Below are positions 13,278 through 26,100 of a DNA stretch of 63,509 nucleotides, piece after piece. The position numbers and the translations under genes are program-made. Numbering within the stretch: position 1 is the stretch's first letter; the number at the start of each line of letters is the position of its first letter. The stretch comes from Octopus bimaculoides (taxonomy: Eukaryota): positions 85,249,418-85,312,926 of the forward strand of contig NC_068987.1 in assembly GCF_001194135.2 (NCBI RefSeq). The letters run 5' to 3'. The notes under the pieces are model-generated. The model made no database searches. It worked only from the letters and a program-made list of their open reading frames with translations, and was not told where the DNA came from.

Positions 13278-15348
13278 CATTGGGAAAAGGTCTAAGGAGT
13301 TTTGTAGAGTGGCTAATGGACTGTAGGAAACTGGGGAAATCCACGAAGGGGATGAAATTACAGCAATGAAGACTCTGGTAAAATTTATGAATAAATAACT
13401 GTGATGAGCAGGTGATAAATCTGGTGCAAAAATAAAATGGCGGTGACAATCGAATTTTGCGTCTTGTGAGAGAAGAGTGGATAGTAGAGGGAGGAAATGT
13501 GTGAGAAAGATGTTGGCATTGTAAAAGAAACAGGAGTGGTCAAGCAGGAATGACAAATGGGAGGGAGAAGATAATTCAAAGCTGTCAACAGAGGTGGCCA
13601 GTTAAATGACACTTCGATTAGAAAACTGGAATATAATTATTGCAGAAGAATAACACAGTTACAAGAAATCAAGAATATATCTTTAATCTTTATATAGTGG
13701 AGCCATTGCTGTTCTCGTTTCTGTTATTATTGCAGTTTTTGTTCAAACCCAGATCAGCACCTATATGGCAGATCGATGATAAAGACTGCATCCTCGATAT
13801 ATCTTGCCCGTTTACATTTTAATTGGTCAGTGCCTACTTTGTTTAATATACCCTTCTCGTTTTAAGACAATAGAACGTAAGTTGAAGATTTGGCTACTAT
13901 TTCTAGCAAATGGAATGACTATATAGTAGATTACTCGTAGGCTGGAATCTTGTATTAGGTTTTATTCTGTTGCTATTGTTTAGCAACATATCAGCTCTGA
14001 TGTGGCGAAAAGACCTACCAATACATGCATTACGTCTGTAATCTCGTCTTTTTTTGTCCAAACATGGGGCATCTGGAACGGCATTATACAATATATCGTT
14101 TTATTTCTAAAATTTGAGGAAGATTTAACCACTCTTTCTAATTGGTCAGTCGACCACGTAGAGACTTCTTTGTTGGCTGATATATTCATAGTTAGATATC
14201 GTAGACACACGGAATCCGGCGACGGAAAATACTATGAGGTCATGTGCAATTTTAGACAAATGTTTTCACCGGTAATTTCAATCCTCACGACTTCATAACT
14301 GCCACAAGGTTTTCTGATTTATTTCCACAATATTCAATTGGCAATACCGTTTATCTTTCTTTCCTTTCTTCAACGAAGGCCACACACTTTTATAGAAGCC
14401 AAATGATATCGTGGTGTCATCTATGCTGTAATCAAAACCATGAAGAAATTCCAGCTTGGAATTGAAACCGATTATAATAATAATAATAATGACTATGGCA
14501 CCAGGCCAGAATCTGCAGAAGGCGTCTCAGATCGAATGAATTTTTTAGACCCTTTGCCTTTCGAAAGTATTTTCATACGTTTTCCCAAAACGTCCTTGCT
14601 TATTTGCAGACTTTTAGTTAGTCCTTGTTCTGGGTAATATAAAGCTTTTCTTTCATAATTCACAAATTACTCGGTGGCTGTAAAAATGTATATCATATAC
14701 GATGCATAGACCCTCGAGAAAATATGTACTGTATGTCATGTGCGAGACACAGGACGAACAAATGTTCAATATTTATTTTATGGACGGGGGTGGCTTGAAA
14801 ATAAAGTTGAATGCACACACACATACACACACATCCACACATACACACACACATACATACCCGCATATATATGTGGGATTCTTAGTGTCTATGCGTGTAT
14901 TTGTTTTTGAGTTTATCACCCCACTCCTTCACAACCGTTGTTGGTTTGTTTTCGTCCCTGTACTCTAGCGGCTTTAAAAAAAAAGGGGGACACCTAGAGA
15001 ATATGCAGCAGATTTGAGAATAAGTATTGAAGTCGACTGGTTCAGCTTAAAATAAAAACGCTTCAAGGCGGTGCTCCACCTTGGTTGTAGTCCAACGACG
15101 GGAACAAGTGAAAGACACGTTATTAATTATTTATCGTGATGCTCAACCGTTTCTATTGCTTCAGTCGCATGGTTTGCATTATGACGTAAGATAACGAGGA
15201 TAAGTTCAGCATACAACATCTTTTCATTCACATACTTAAACAAAGAGCAACATTCCTCCGGCTATAATTATGAGTGAATATTTTAAAACAAAGAATGAAA
15301 TGTTACGTAAGATTCTAAGAATACCTCTAGCACACTTAAAACATTTAG

Positions 15349-15406
<58 letters not shown>

Positions 15407-15407
15407 G

Positions 15408-15448
<41 letters not shown>

Positions 15449-15518
15449 GGGATGATGATGGGGATGATGATGGGGATGATGATGATGATGGTGATGATGA
15501 TGATGATGGTAGTGGTGG

Positions 15519-15549
<31 letters not shown>

Positions 15550-15563
15550 GATGGTAGTGGTGG

Positions 15564-15609
<46 letters not shown>

Positions 15610-15614
15610 GGTGG

Positions 15615-15652
<38 letters not shown>

Positions 15653-15688
15653 GTGGTGGTGATGATGATGATGAGGAGGAGGAGGATG

Positions 15689-15724
<36 letters not shown>

Positions 15725-15760
15725 GTGATGATGGTGATGATGATGATGATAGCAACAACA
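15349..15760. repeat. ~410-bp (AAT)n-(GAT/GGT)n compound array
   Basis: Read directly from the sequence. It is the source of the poly-M, poly-H and poly-S pseudo-ORFs. Confidence 0.97.
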
Positions 15761-15892
15761 AACAGCAAGAACAATACTAGAATCCATATGTCGAGTGTGA
15801 TATTTAATTTAGGAAAATTTTCACGACGCGCATGCTTACAAATAAAACATAATAAAAATAAACATATAAATGAATACACGAATAAAACGATA

Positions 15893-15961
<69 letters not shown>

Positions 15962-16812
15962 GTACGTACGCACACTCACACACATGCATGCATATACACA
16001 TGCACACGTATGCACTCAAACGCAAACGTGCGTACGAAATCACAAGGACGGATATGGCGGATGTCTTCTTCCTGACATATTTACTTGCAATCCAAGTTGC
16101 CAGAAATATTTTCGCTATTAAAGAGCTCGGTTACAATAGAGAATCCAGACTGGTCAAAGCGAAATTCGTTCCTCCAAATACTTTTCCCTTCATTCGCTTC
16201 CTTATTTTACCACGTTGCACTCGGTTCTCATAGACTTAACTATACCCCGACACTGCAAACACTCTTACTTCTACGCCGGTCTTAATTCCAGTAATAAAGT
16301 AACTTTCTCACCTTCCACGCCGAGATGTCAGCCAATCCAATATCTTCCAGTCTCATCTGTACACATTTTTCTTTTTGTTTTTTTACTTTGCTTTCCATCT
16401 TTATATTTTTCATTTCTTTTTTTTTTTTCATTACTTTTCTTGCAGTAGCCATTGTTAAGTATTTCTATCTATCCTATTTCTTTTGCACATATCCAAAGCT
16501 TGTTTCATGAGCATCTATTCTTTAATACATACATACATACTCATATACATACATACATATATGAATATATATANNNNNNNNNNNNNNNNNNNNNNNNNNN
16601 NNNNNNNNNNNNNNNNNNNNNNNNNNNNNNNNNNNNNNNNNNNNNNNNNNNNNNNNNNNNNNNNNNNNNNNNNNNNNNNNNNNNNNNNNNNNNNNNNNNN
16701 NNNNNNNNNNNNNNNNNNNNNNNNNNNNNNNNNNNNNNNNNNNNNNNNNNNNNNNNNNNNNNNNNNNNNNNNNNNNNNNNNNNNNNNNNNNNNNNNNNNN
16801 NNNNNNNNNNNN

Positions 16813-16845
<33 letters not shown>

Positions 16846-18436
16846 TTTTTACATTAGTTTCACACAAAATTCATTGCATTAATTTGTTAAACTCGAGTTA
16901 TCCTCCACTGCCCACCAGGAAAGACACGACTGCAGTTCATTAGTTAGCAGAACTAATGATAGCGATAATAATGATGATGATGATGATTATAACAACAACA
17001 ACAACAACAACACCAACAACACCAACAACAACAATAATAATTGATGAAGATTGCCGTACTAGACGAAGGTAAATATAGAATAAGAACGTGATACGATTTG
17101 TAAAAATTGTATCGGGTTCTTTTCATTGCGCATTTACCTTAATAATAACAAGAATAATGATGATGATAATGATGATGGTGATGATGAGGATGTTGATTGT
17201 CTGAAAACAAAATATGGCTGATACCTATGCTGTTTGTTCTCTGTCGCCCTTTAAATGTCGTTAACTTTACATTTATATAGAATTCGTTCATAGCATTCGT
17301 TCACTCTTCTCTGGATACTAGAGGCAACGGTATTTCCCAGTTCGTGAGCCAATTATTCTTCCTTCATTTCTTAGTCTTTTATTCTGATTTTCTCACCATA
17401 TTCCTCCTCTCTTCTTTCTGCACGATCCCCTCATACTTACTCCGTCGCAGTTTTCGTTCGACACAGAATCTAATTCACATCCAACGTATATCTTGGTTGG
17501 CTAATAGGTGCAGCTAAGCAAACGACGGTAATGAACATTACATAATTTCAAGTAAAAAGCAGCCCTCTTCTATGAATGGTGGAAAATAATATCCACACTT
17601 ACACACATAACCATACACATATAAAAATACAAATCATAATCGGTATCATTCAGTATAAAATAATGTATCCCTAAACATATATATAAAACATCCGATGATA
17701 TATTTTACCCTCTGGAGATATTATGCTTAGGGCACATATGAATTTAATGATTAATTAAACACTGAGTGTAAATTGAAACAGCTGTAAGGGAGGATGATTG
17801 ATTTGTTGTTAATAATAAAAGATTATTAACTTCCTAATCGCCATTTTCTTTTCCTCTTATATATATATATATATATATATATATNNNNNNNNNNNNNNNN
17901 NNNNNNNNNNNNNNNNNNNNNNNNNNNNNNNNNNNNNNNNNNNNNNNNNNNNNNNNNNNNNNNNNNNNNNNNNNNNNNNNNNNNNNNNNNNNNNNNNNNN
18001 NNNNNNNNNNNNNNNNNNNNNNNNNNNNNNNNNNNNNNNNNNNNNNNNNNNNNNNNNNNNNNNNNNNNNNNNNNNNNNNNNNNNNNNNNNNNNNNNNNNN
18101 NNNNNNNNNNNNNNNNNNNNNNNNNNNNNNNNNNNNNNNNNNNNNNNNNNNNNNNNNNNNNNNNNNNNNNNNNNNNNNNNNNNNNNNNNNNNNNNNNNNN
18201 NNNNNNNNNNNNNNNNNNNNNNNNNNNNNNNNNNNNNNNNNNNNNNNNNNNNNNNNNNNNNNNNNNNNNNNNNNNNNNNNNNNNNNNNNNNNNNNNNNNN
18301 NNNNNNNNNNNNNNNNNNNNNNNNNNNNNNNNNNNNNNNNNNNNNNNNNNNNNNNNNNNNNNNNNNNNNNNNNNNNNNNNNNNNNAATTACTATTTGTAA
18401 ATCTTACAACGAGAGATTTTCAGCAACAGTACTTTG

Positions 18437-18757
18437 GAGTAAAGATTGTTTGCCCATATAGCAAGACAGTCTTGGTTTAGGACGAATGTTGCTGTACTTT
18501 AGCCCCAGGAGACATCGTTTCCAGCTGTCTATACGACACGATCTGTGTCCTTATATTTTCGAACAAGAGAATCTAGCAACCGGAAATCAAGATACACAGA
18601 TATTGTTTTGAGCTGAGTGGGGTATTAGATTCCCTTGTTCGAAAATATAAGGGCACAGATTGTGTCATGTAGTCAGCTGGAGACGATGTCACCTGGGGCT
18701 AAATTACATTCGTCCTAAACCAGGACTGCCACGTTATACTGGCAAATTACTTTTACT
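18437..18757. mobile_element. Foldback/MITE with ~135-bp imperfect inverted arms and a ~50-nt loop
   Basis: Left arm includes GGTTTAGGACGAATG...TTTAGCCCCAGGAGACATCGTTTCCAGCTG...CCTTATATTTTCGAACAAGAGAATCTA (to 18575). The right arm from 18626 is its reverse complement with scattered mismatches. Confidence 0.85.
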
Positions 18758-19271
18758 ACATACAACCACTAAGTTATTGGGATGTAAATAAACCAACGCT
18801 GGTTGTCAAGCGGTGACAGGAGACAATACAAACAGCAAAACCCACGCATACACACAAATAAGCACACACACACGCACACAAACAGAATACCCATACAAAG
18901 ACATATATACATATATATATACACATACACAATCATAGCGTTTAGCAGACATGCCTTCTACAGAATGCATAAACAAGTTTGAAGCACCAAAAGATATCTG
19001 CACAGATAAAAATGGAGATAATAAGGAGTGTCTATTTACTTTTGAAATGTTTGTGTATATACAAATTGAAGCAAAGGCTGCCTGAAAACCGATCCTCGAT
19101 TGAACCTCTTTTACTCACTCCGCTAATACCTTCGCTAATAGATATCTCTCATCAGGAAACACGAAGACCACTGACTTTATTTTGCCGAGGCGTGGGTGTA
19201 GAATCTAATTTATTAGATGCATTATATCTCATAATCTATTACATTTATAATGTATATAAATCGTCCCACAG

Positions 19272-19323
19272 GTATTCAGCAATGATCAAACATTTTGTGC
19301 ACAAAGATGTTTATGATGCTCAG
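19272..19323 (+). CDS. Candidate 52-nt exon (phase 2 to 0)
   Basis: TCGTCCCACAG|GTATTCAGCAATG...GATGCTCAG|GTATGT. Only one frame is open, reading YSAMIKHFVHKDVYDAQ. Confidence 0.2.
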
Positions 19324-19830
19324 GTATGTGTGTAGATTCAATTATGTATTTATTTACGAAGACATCATAGAATTTATTGATCCGATTATAGCCATACAGC
19401 ACAATTATTAATCGATCTCAATCAATATTTTATACATGCTTGGATATATGAAAGTACTGATATCGTAATTGCTATTATAAATACACTGTGGTATTTGAGA
19501 TTTGTCTTTAATGATCCGGTTTCGAAATCTGTCGGAACTTTTTTTTCATTTTTCAGCCACCAACACCTATTCAAATTTATAGATCAGATTATCTCCTTCA
19601 AAATGTAATCTTAAAATCCTGAAATAAATTTTAAACTATTTTATATGACCTACTTCTACGTAGATACCAAAACGAACGTTTAACATGAGGCAACGTTAAG
19701 TGCCGCTACATGATCGTTCCACCGGCTAAAATTAACGACCAAATCTTCTATGAATCACACCCCATCGAGTTAAAAACGGATCCATTAGATATCGTGGGCC
19801 AATATACACAATGTTTAAATAAAAATGAAA

Positions 19831-20103
19831 GTGCGTGGTTTAGCAGTTAAGATATTCAACTCACGATTGTAAGTTGGTGAGTTCGATTCCCGGCGGGCGT
19901 TGTTTCTTAGGGCAAACTCAGCTGGCAAAGACGAGTCACAGAGAGCCAGCCTTGTGACATCCTGCAATACACTGAATCTCCCTGAGAACTACGTTAAAAG
20001 TATGCTTGTTTGTGGAGCCCTCGGCCACTTGCACGTTAATTTTCGAGCAGGCTGTTCCGTTGATTGGATCAACTGGAACCCACGTCGTCATAATTGACGG
20101 AAG
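19831..20103 (+). mobile_element. SINE family D variant
   Basis: tRNA-like head GTGGTTTAGCAGTTAAG...GAGTTCGATTCCC, and tail CACTTGCACGTTAATTTTCGAGCAGGCTGTTCCGTTGATTGGATCAACTGGAACC. Confidence 0.82.
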
Positions 20104-20351
20104 GTTAGTTTATTTAAATAAAAGACAGCATGATTACGGATGGAAATTTGTTTTGTTCATGGCTTAGACGGGGACCGATTTGAGGCTTATCACCAACACA
20201 AAATCATATTTCAATGATTCTCAATGGATGTGACACAACGCACTCATACACCGAAAGGGTATCTCGCTGCGACGAGGACTTTTAAAACTACGATCTAAAT
20301 GCAAACTGTGCTTTTTGAAAGACAAGTTGGATTAATAAAACGAGACGACAG

Positions 20352-21005
20352 TGAGCTGACAGAAACGTTATCTGCTGTTACGTTCTAGGTTCAAATTCTG
20401 CCGCGGTCGGCTTTGCCTTTCATCCTTCCGGGGTCGATTAAATACCGTAAATCCTCGAGTATATTCCACTCTTGAGTATAATACGCAGGGGATTTTTAGG
20501 GGAGTGTACCTCTGAAAAACCTAAACTATGTGTATAATACGCACCCCTTCTCTAACTTGAGTCAAGGAGGTCTATATAACGTCCTTGGTTTGTAAACATA
20601 TATACGGTAACGTCCTTTATTATTATTATTGTATATATAACATAATGCAAACTTGTAGCTTTTTTGTGCACTTTGCAGAAAATAAAGAAAGAACATTAAT
20701 AACGTCAGTGAAAAATAAATATAGCTTAAGGTATTTTCGCGCCTGACATCACAAAATGCATCTGAATAAACATTGCCGGACAGCAAATAGAGACTCGGAC
20801 ATTGCTTAGGAAATATTTTTCATTTTGAACCTCGTTATAGTACGCACTAGGGATTTTGACCTTTAAACTTTGGGGAAAAAATGCGGATTATATTCGAGGA
20901 TTTACGGTAAGTACCAGTTACGCACTGGGGTCGATCTAATCGATTTAATCCCCGTGTTTGTCCTATGTATGTTTAGCCCCTCCTCCAGTGGGCAATAAAG
21001 AAATA
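20352..21005 (+). mobile_element. SINE family A split by the 20445-20907 MITE
   Basis: Head and body lie at 20352-20444. The remainder, AAGTACCAGTTACGCACTGGGGTCGATCTAATCG...GGGCAATAAAGAAATA, lies at 20909-21005. Confidence 0.88.
20445..20907. mobile_element. 463-bp Tc1/mariner-pogo (Tigger-like) MITE with TA TSD, inserted into a SINE
   Basis: Left end is CCGTAAATCCTCGAGTATATTCC; the reverse complement of the right end is CCGTAAATCCTCGAATATAATCC. TA lies at 20443-20444 and 20908-20909. Removing the element restores the SINE motif GGGGTCGATTAAATAAGTACCAGTTACGCACTGGGG. Confidence 0.92.
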
Positions 21006-23420
21006 AATAATATATGATATATTTCTGTAGTTTTACTAAATATTTAACTTTATATCAGATGTTTTCCTTAACATTTTATACGAAGCGCACAAGAAACTTT
21101 TTATCAGATTGTCTGTACGCCAGAAACTCTAAAAGAGTTAGAAACACTGAAGAACCAGTAGATATAACTAAGATATATAAGAGTTACTCATAAATAATGT
21201 TAAGTATTGCAAGTGGAATACTCTTGATTTCTGATTTGGAACGAGACCAGAGAAATGGAAACAAGACGCCATAAAGTTAATTCACTGAAGCATATTTTAC
21301 AACTTGTAAACTTAAAAGATGACTAGAAAAGTGACACAGGGTCACCTGCATGATAAACAATTGATAATAAAGTGGCCGATGGCAAACTTGTAGTAAGTTA
21401 ATAAATTCTTATTAAGTTAACACAGTGCTGAAAACTAATTATCTAAATGATTAAATCTGGTGTGAAACGACAGAGAAGAGATGATTGGAATTTTAATCAA
21501 AATTAATTTAAAATGGAATATAATGTTAGTGATTCAGAGTTTTAACAGTATAGTGACAATTCCGAACATGTTTTAGCGTTAACTAACCTCATTAGCGAAA
21601 AATAATATAACATGACTGTTCAGCAGTACAAACTGCTCGGATGTTTTGAACTTCATAAATAATATCACGTTCTGCCGGCAGACATGTTGAAAATTCACTA
21701 TTCTGATGAGGTTTGATATGATATTTGGAGAACTATACTTAGATGGCTTCTTCGTGAAAGAACAATGAATAGCATAATAATTTGGAATGGCCACAAATAT
21801 TACGGAACTGTCCCTGCTAGAAGAAAATGTAATAGCAAAGATGTATGCCGACATGTTTAGGGCGGTAAATCAAGAAATATTATGGAATCAAAATTACAGT
21901 CACAGTGATCCGAATAGTCATTTCTAAATGCTTAACTCTAATGTAAGAAAAGAGAAAGAGGGGAGACAACCTCAACATTTAAAATAACAAGAAATGATTT
22001 AGATTAACTACAATGAGATTTAAAACAAGAACATAAGAGTGACTTAACTAAAAACTGTAAGGCATTTTGTCCGGTACTCTCATATTTTTGCCACTGCGCG
22101 ATATCAGAAAAAGCAAAAACGAAACAAATAAATATGTACAATAAACAAATGATATTAACAACAAGAATAAGAATACCAAAACAATCAACAATGGCTGCCA
22201 CCGCAAACCCATCGCAGCTGCTTCAGCGGAAACACGATAGAAACAATAACAACAACGAACAAAACACCAACAATGGCCGTCACAAGAAGAAAATGGCGAC
22301 GGTTGCGACGTTTGTAAATGCAAGAAATGTTTCCTTCTTTCTTTCATTATGTATCTTGCAAATGTATTTGATCATTGCCGTTGCTGTTGTTGTTGTTGTT
22401 GCTGTTGGTGAGGTCGGAGCATTTTTCATTCCTCAGATATTGTCGTTTCATCAAACTCTCTCTCTCTCTCTCTCTCTCTCCTCCCACATCACGTTTCTGC
22501 TGCCATTCTGTTTCCGTTCGTCTTGTCATCGCATTTTGTCACGCTAGTCCTTATTGTTGATAAGACAACTCTTCCTTTCCACTTAATTCTAGCTCCTCAC
22601 AACCAAACACAAGATATTCTTATTGTCTAATTCTTTTTATTCTCTAATAAGATTAGATTAAATTCCTACAGGAACCTTAGGTTAATAATATCTATATCCT
22701 TCTTTCTTTCTCTTTTTTCGCTTTCATTTTTTTAGAAGTAGTTTTTTGTTTTTTCTCCATCGCTTCCATTCATCCTTCTCTTCCTCCTTTTCGTTTCCTT
22801 CTCTGTCTTTTTCCTCTTGTTCGCTGGAACAGAATATGTTGTTGCTCTTTTGTGGCTCACACCTACACAAACATGGAGTAAAGACAAACTATACTAATAG
22901 ATAAAGTGGTGCGATACGAACTTACTCCTGTCTCTCTTTTTCTTTCTTCCATTGCATCGGTCATTATCTCTCTCTCCCTTTCTGTCTGTCTGTCTGTCTC
23001 TCTCTTTCTGTATCTATCTATCTATCTATCTATCAACATTTTCAACCATCTTATTTGTTCACTGCCTCATTTCTGTTCCCCTAAACATGCATGCAGACAA
23101 TCCTCCCCCACATATATATATGGATACACATATGCATACATGCATACACATGCATACATTCATGCACATGTATGTATATACATATGTGAATACATAGACA
23201 CACGTACACATACAAACATATATACATTCATACGTACATTCATACGTATATACACACATATATACATACATATTACATGCATACATACATTCTTACACAC
23301 ACGCAAACACACACACATCGATACATATATTCATGCAGAAATGCATTTATACATTTATACATTTATACATCCAGAGATTCATGTATACCTACATACATAC
23401 ATACATATCTACCTACCTAC

Positions 23421-23451
<31 letters not shown>

Positions 23452-23610
23452 CATAAAACATATATACATACACATACATACATATATACATACATACATA
23501 CACACATATGTACATACATACATACATACGTACGTACGTACACACATACATACATACATACATTCATGCATACGCACATTTAATCTTCTAGTTTGATCTC
23601 TTTATAAATG

Positions 23611-23827
23611 GTTTTTCATATTTCCTTATTAATCCTTTATATCTTGTTGCAACAATGGCGTTCCTAAGTAAATTAACGTTTCAAGACCTCGATGCAAGTT
23701 TCTAAATGAAATGTTAATAGTGGTACATTTTAGCTGCGTTTTGTTGTTAGCAGCAAGGTTAATGGACTTAGGAACACCATTGTTCCGAAGTCCTAAACAT
23801 AAAGAACCAATAAGGAAATATCAAAAC
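23611..23827. mobile_element. Small MITE with ~70-bp imperfect TIRs
   Basis: ATATTTCCTTATT...CTTTAT...AACAATGGCGTTCCTAAGTAAATTAAC (23611-23677) matches the reverse complement of 23758-23827, which reads ATATTTCCTTATTGGTTCTTTAT...AACAATGGTGTTCCTAAGTCCATTAAC. Confidence 0.75.
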
Positions 23828-24595
23828 TCTCTTTCTACACGCATTTTGTAAAGATAATGAATACATTATTGAACTTTTCTCTACTACTTAGTCCAGAGCC
23901 TACGTAAATATACAGACTTCCTGCAATTTTCTTTGTCTTTTATACTTAGCATTAAGCTCTTTATCTGTGATATATATTACACCTGACAACAAATGATTTT
24001 CTTTTCTTCTATCATTATATTCATTATAACTTGACAAAGAATAACGTGTCCGAAACGTCGAAAGTTACTCTTTTGCTTCACTGTTTAATATGTTGAATCT
24101 GCTATTATTTTTGCTGTTGCTGTTGCTGTTTCCCCACAGCTTTTCATTGTTTTCAAACCAAGGTAGACGAAAGACTTGATTTCCCGGATGTTGGACATCT
24201 CATACAAAATTGTATAACGAAACATCATTTCATACAGCATCAATTTAACGCTGAAGACTGAAGTATTCTTCTTTCCTTTTTCCTTGTTTTTGTAACAGGG
24301 GCTAATTTGAAGCGAATACGAACCCGAAAGAGGGACACAGTGCGAAGAAAAATAACGAATCATTGACTTTTTTTTATTAATTTCGGTATCTGTTGTGATG
24401 TTGTTGTTAGTGGTAATAACGATGTGTTATTTAACAATATGTTTGGTCTTTGAAAGAATGGACCAATGGGAAAAGTTCTTTCAGCGGTACCCTTGATTTC
24501 TGATAGACTGATTGATTATTAATAGTATAGGGTCTATTGTTTCACATCTCTTTTAGCAATGTAATAGGTCTACATTTTAAGGGTACAAAAGGGCA

Positions 24596-24790
24596 GAGAG
24601 CTGGTTGAAGCAGGACAAAATGCTCAGCCGCATTTCTTCTAGCTTTACGTTAGGAGTCCAAATGCCACCGAGGTCAACTTTGTCTTAAAATCTTTCGAGG
24701 GCCATAAGATAAGTACCAGGTTAGGACTAAGAGCGATATAATCGACTTACCCATTCCCCTCCTAATTACTAACTTTATGCAAAAAGTAAC
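24596..24790 (+). mobile_element. SINE family A, old copy
   Basis: Degenerate match: GAGTCCAAATGCCACCGAGGTCAACTTTG...GATAAGTACCAGG...ATATAATCGACTTA. Confidence 0.65.
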
Positions 24791-25209
24791 TATTTAAAAC
24801 GAAACAACGGAAGGATTATATGAGTGGGGTCTGAGATGAGCAGTATCTTACGCATCAAATTTGAATGCAATTGTGTAACTTTCAGGAAGGAAAATTACCT
24901 GTCAAGGGCTACTAACCTTACTAACATTGGTATGTTAGTACGGAGGGGAGACAGTTGTGAAATGCTACGTTCACATTTTCCCCTAAATGCATTAGTGACG
25001 CAACCAAAAATTAAAACCGGTTGTTGACATCGTGAGATGGATGCGTTTGCGAGCATTAGACTAAGAGCACTCCCCGAACCACAGGAGGCAAGCAAAAGTA
25101 TTAATTACCGTACCATGTGGATGCCGTCTGATATTATGATTATTCTGGCTCGATTATACACACGAACTGTTTCACTTTCATGGCAAGCAGCGTTTTGAAA
25201 TGTAGAAAT

Positions 25210-25815
25210 CAGTAATTCTCAACCGGGGTTCATAATGACCCTTGGGGTATCATATAAAATTTTTTGGATTTAAAATTTATGTGCAATAATTTAGCAATAT
25301 TTCTGCAATACACAAAATATTTTTCACAAATTTTTATACATTTCTTGTACAAATTTTGAAATGTAAAAAAGCGTCGAGCTGGTAGAAAAGTAAGCATGCC
25401 GGTCGAAGTGCTTGGCGGTGTTTCCTCCGTATTTACATTCTGTGTTCAAATTCCGCCGAGATCTACTTTGCCTTTCATCTATTCAGGGTCGATAAATTAA
25501 GTACCAGTTGCGTACTGGGGTCGATCTAATCGACTGGTCCCCTCCCCCAAATTTTCAGGCTTTGTGCCTGGAGTAGAAAAGAATTTTCGGAATGTAATGA
25601 TTCGGGAGCCCAAATAAGACTTTGTTGTTAAAATTATATACAATGAATAGGGTATATTTCTACAATACATAAAATATTTTTTAAATACTTTCATTCAATT
25701 AAATAAATACACTAGGTTTTTGAAACACCGAATTGCTATGATGGTTACCCCCCCCCCCTGAGTAACAGAGGAATCAGAGGGGTCCGTAGGTAAAAAAAAT
25801 GATTGAGAACCACCC
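25210..25815. mobile_element. hAT (Charlie-like) MITE carrying a nested SINE
   Basis: Ends CAGTAATTCTCAACCGGGGTT... and ...GGGGTCCGTAGGTAAAAAAAATGATTGAGAACCACCC resemble the CAGTGGTTCTCAACC hAT terminal inverted repeat (TIR). The 8-bp flanks GTAGAAAT and GTAAAGTT match at 5/8. A family-A SINE sits inside at about 25373-25582. Confidence 0.65.
25373..25582 (+). mobile_element. SINE family A variant (tail CCCCTCCCCCAAATTTTCAGGCTTTGTGCC)
   Basis: Clear head and B-box, plus the GGGTCGATAAATTAAGTACCAGTTGCGTACTGGGGTCGA body. Confidence 0.85.
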
Positions 25816-25963
25816 GTAAAGTTCTCGCAACAACAATTTTAACGCTGACATTTTATAATCTTTTATCTTTCACTTGCTTCTGTCAGTGGACTGCTGCCAT
25901 GTTGGGATGACACCTTGAACGGTTTTAACAGAACAAATCGACCCAACGCTTGANNNNNNNNNN

Positions 25964-25996
<33 letters not shown>

Positions 25997-26068
25997 GATG
26001 TATACATACATATATATATATATACATGTATACATACAAACATATATACACACACACACACACATACA

Positions 26069-26100
<32 letters not shown>

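Noticed and set aside
13950-14330. Possible Penelope GIY-YIG or other transposase relic (GKYYEVMCNF)
   Set aside because: The expected downstream Cys/YIG motifs are absent in all frames I checked, so no family can be assigned.
16312-16356. Minus-strand CAG|ATG...AAG|GTGAGA mini-exon encoding MRLEDIGLADISAWK
   Set aside because: There is no polypyrimidine tract (upstream is A-rich on that strand), no partner exon and no recognised homology.
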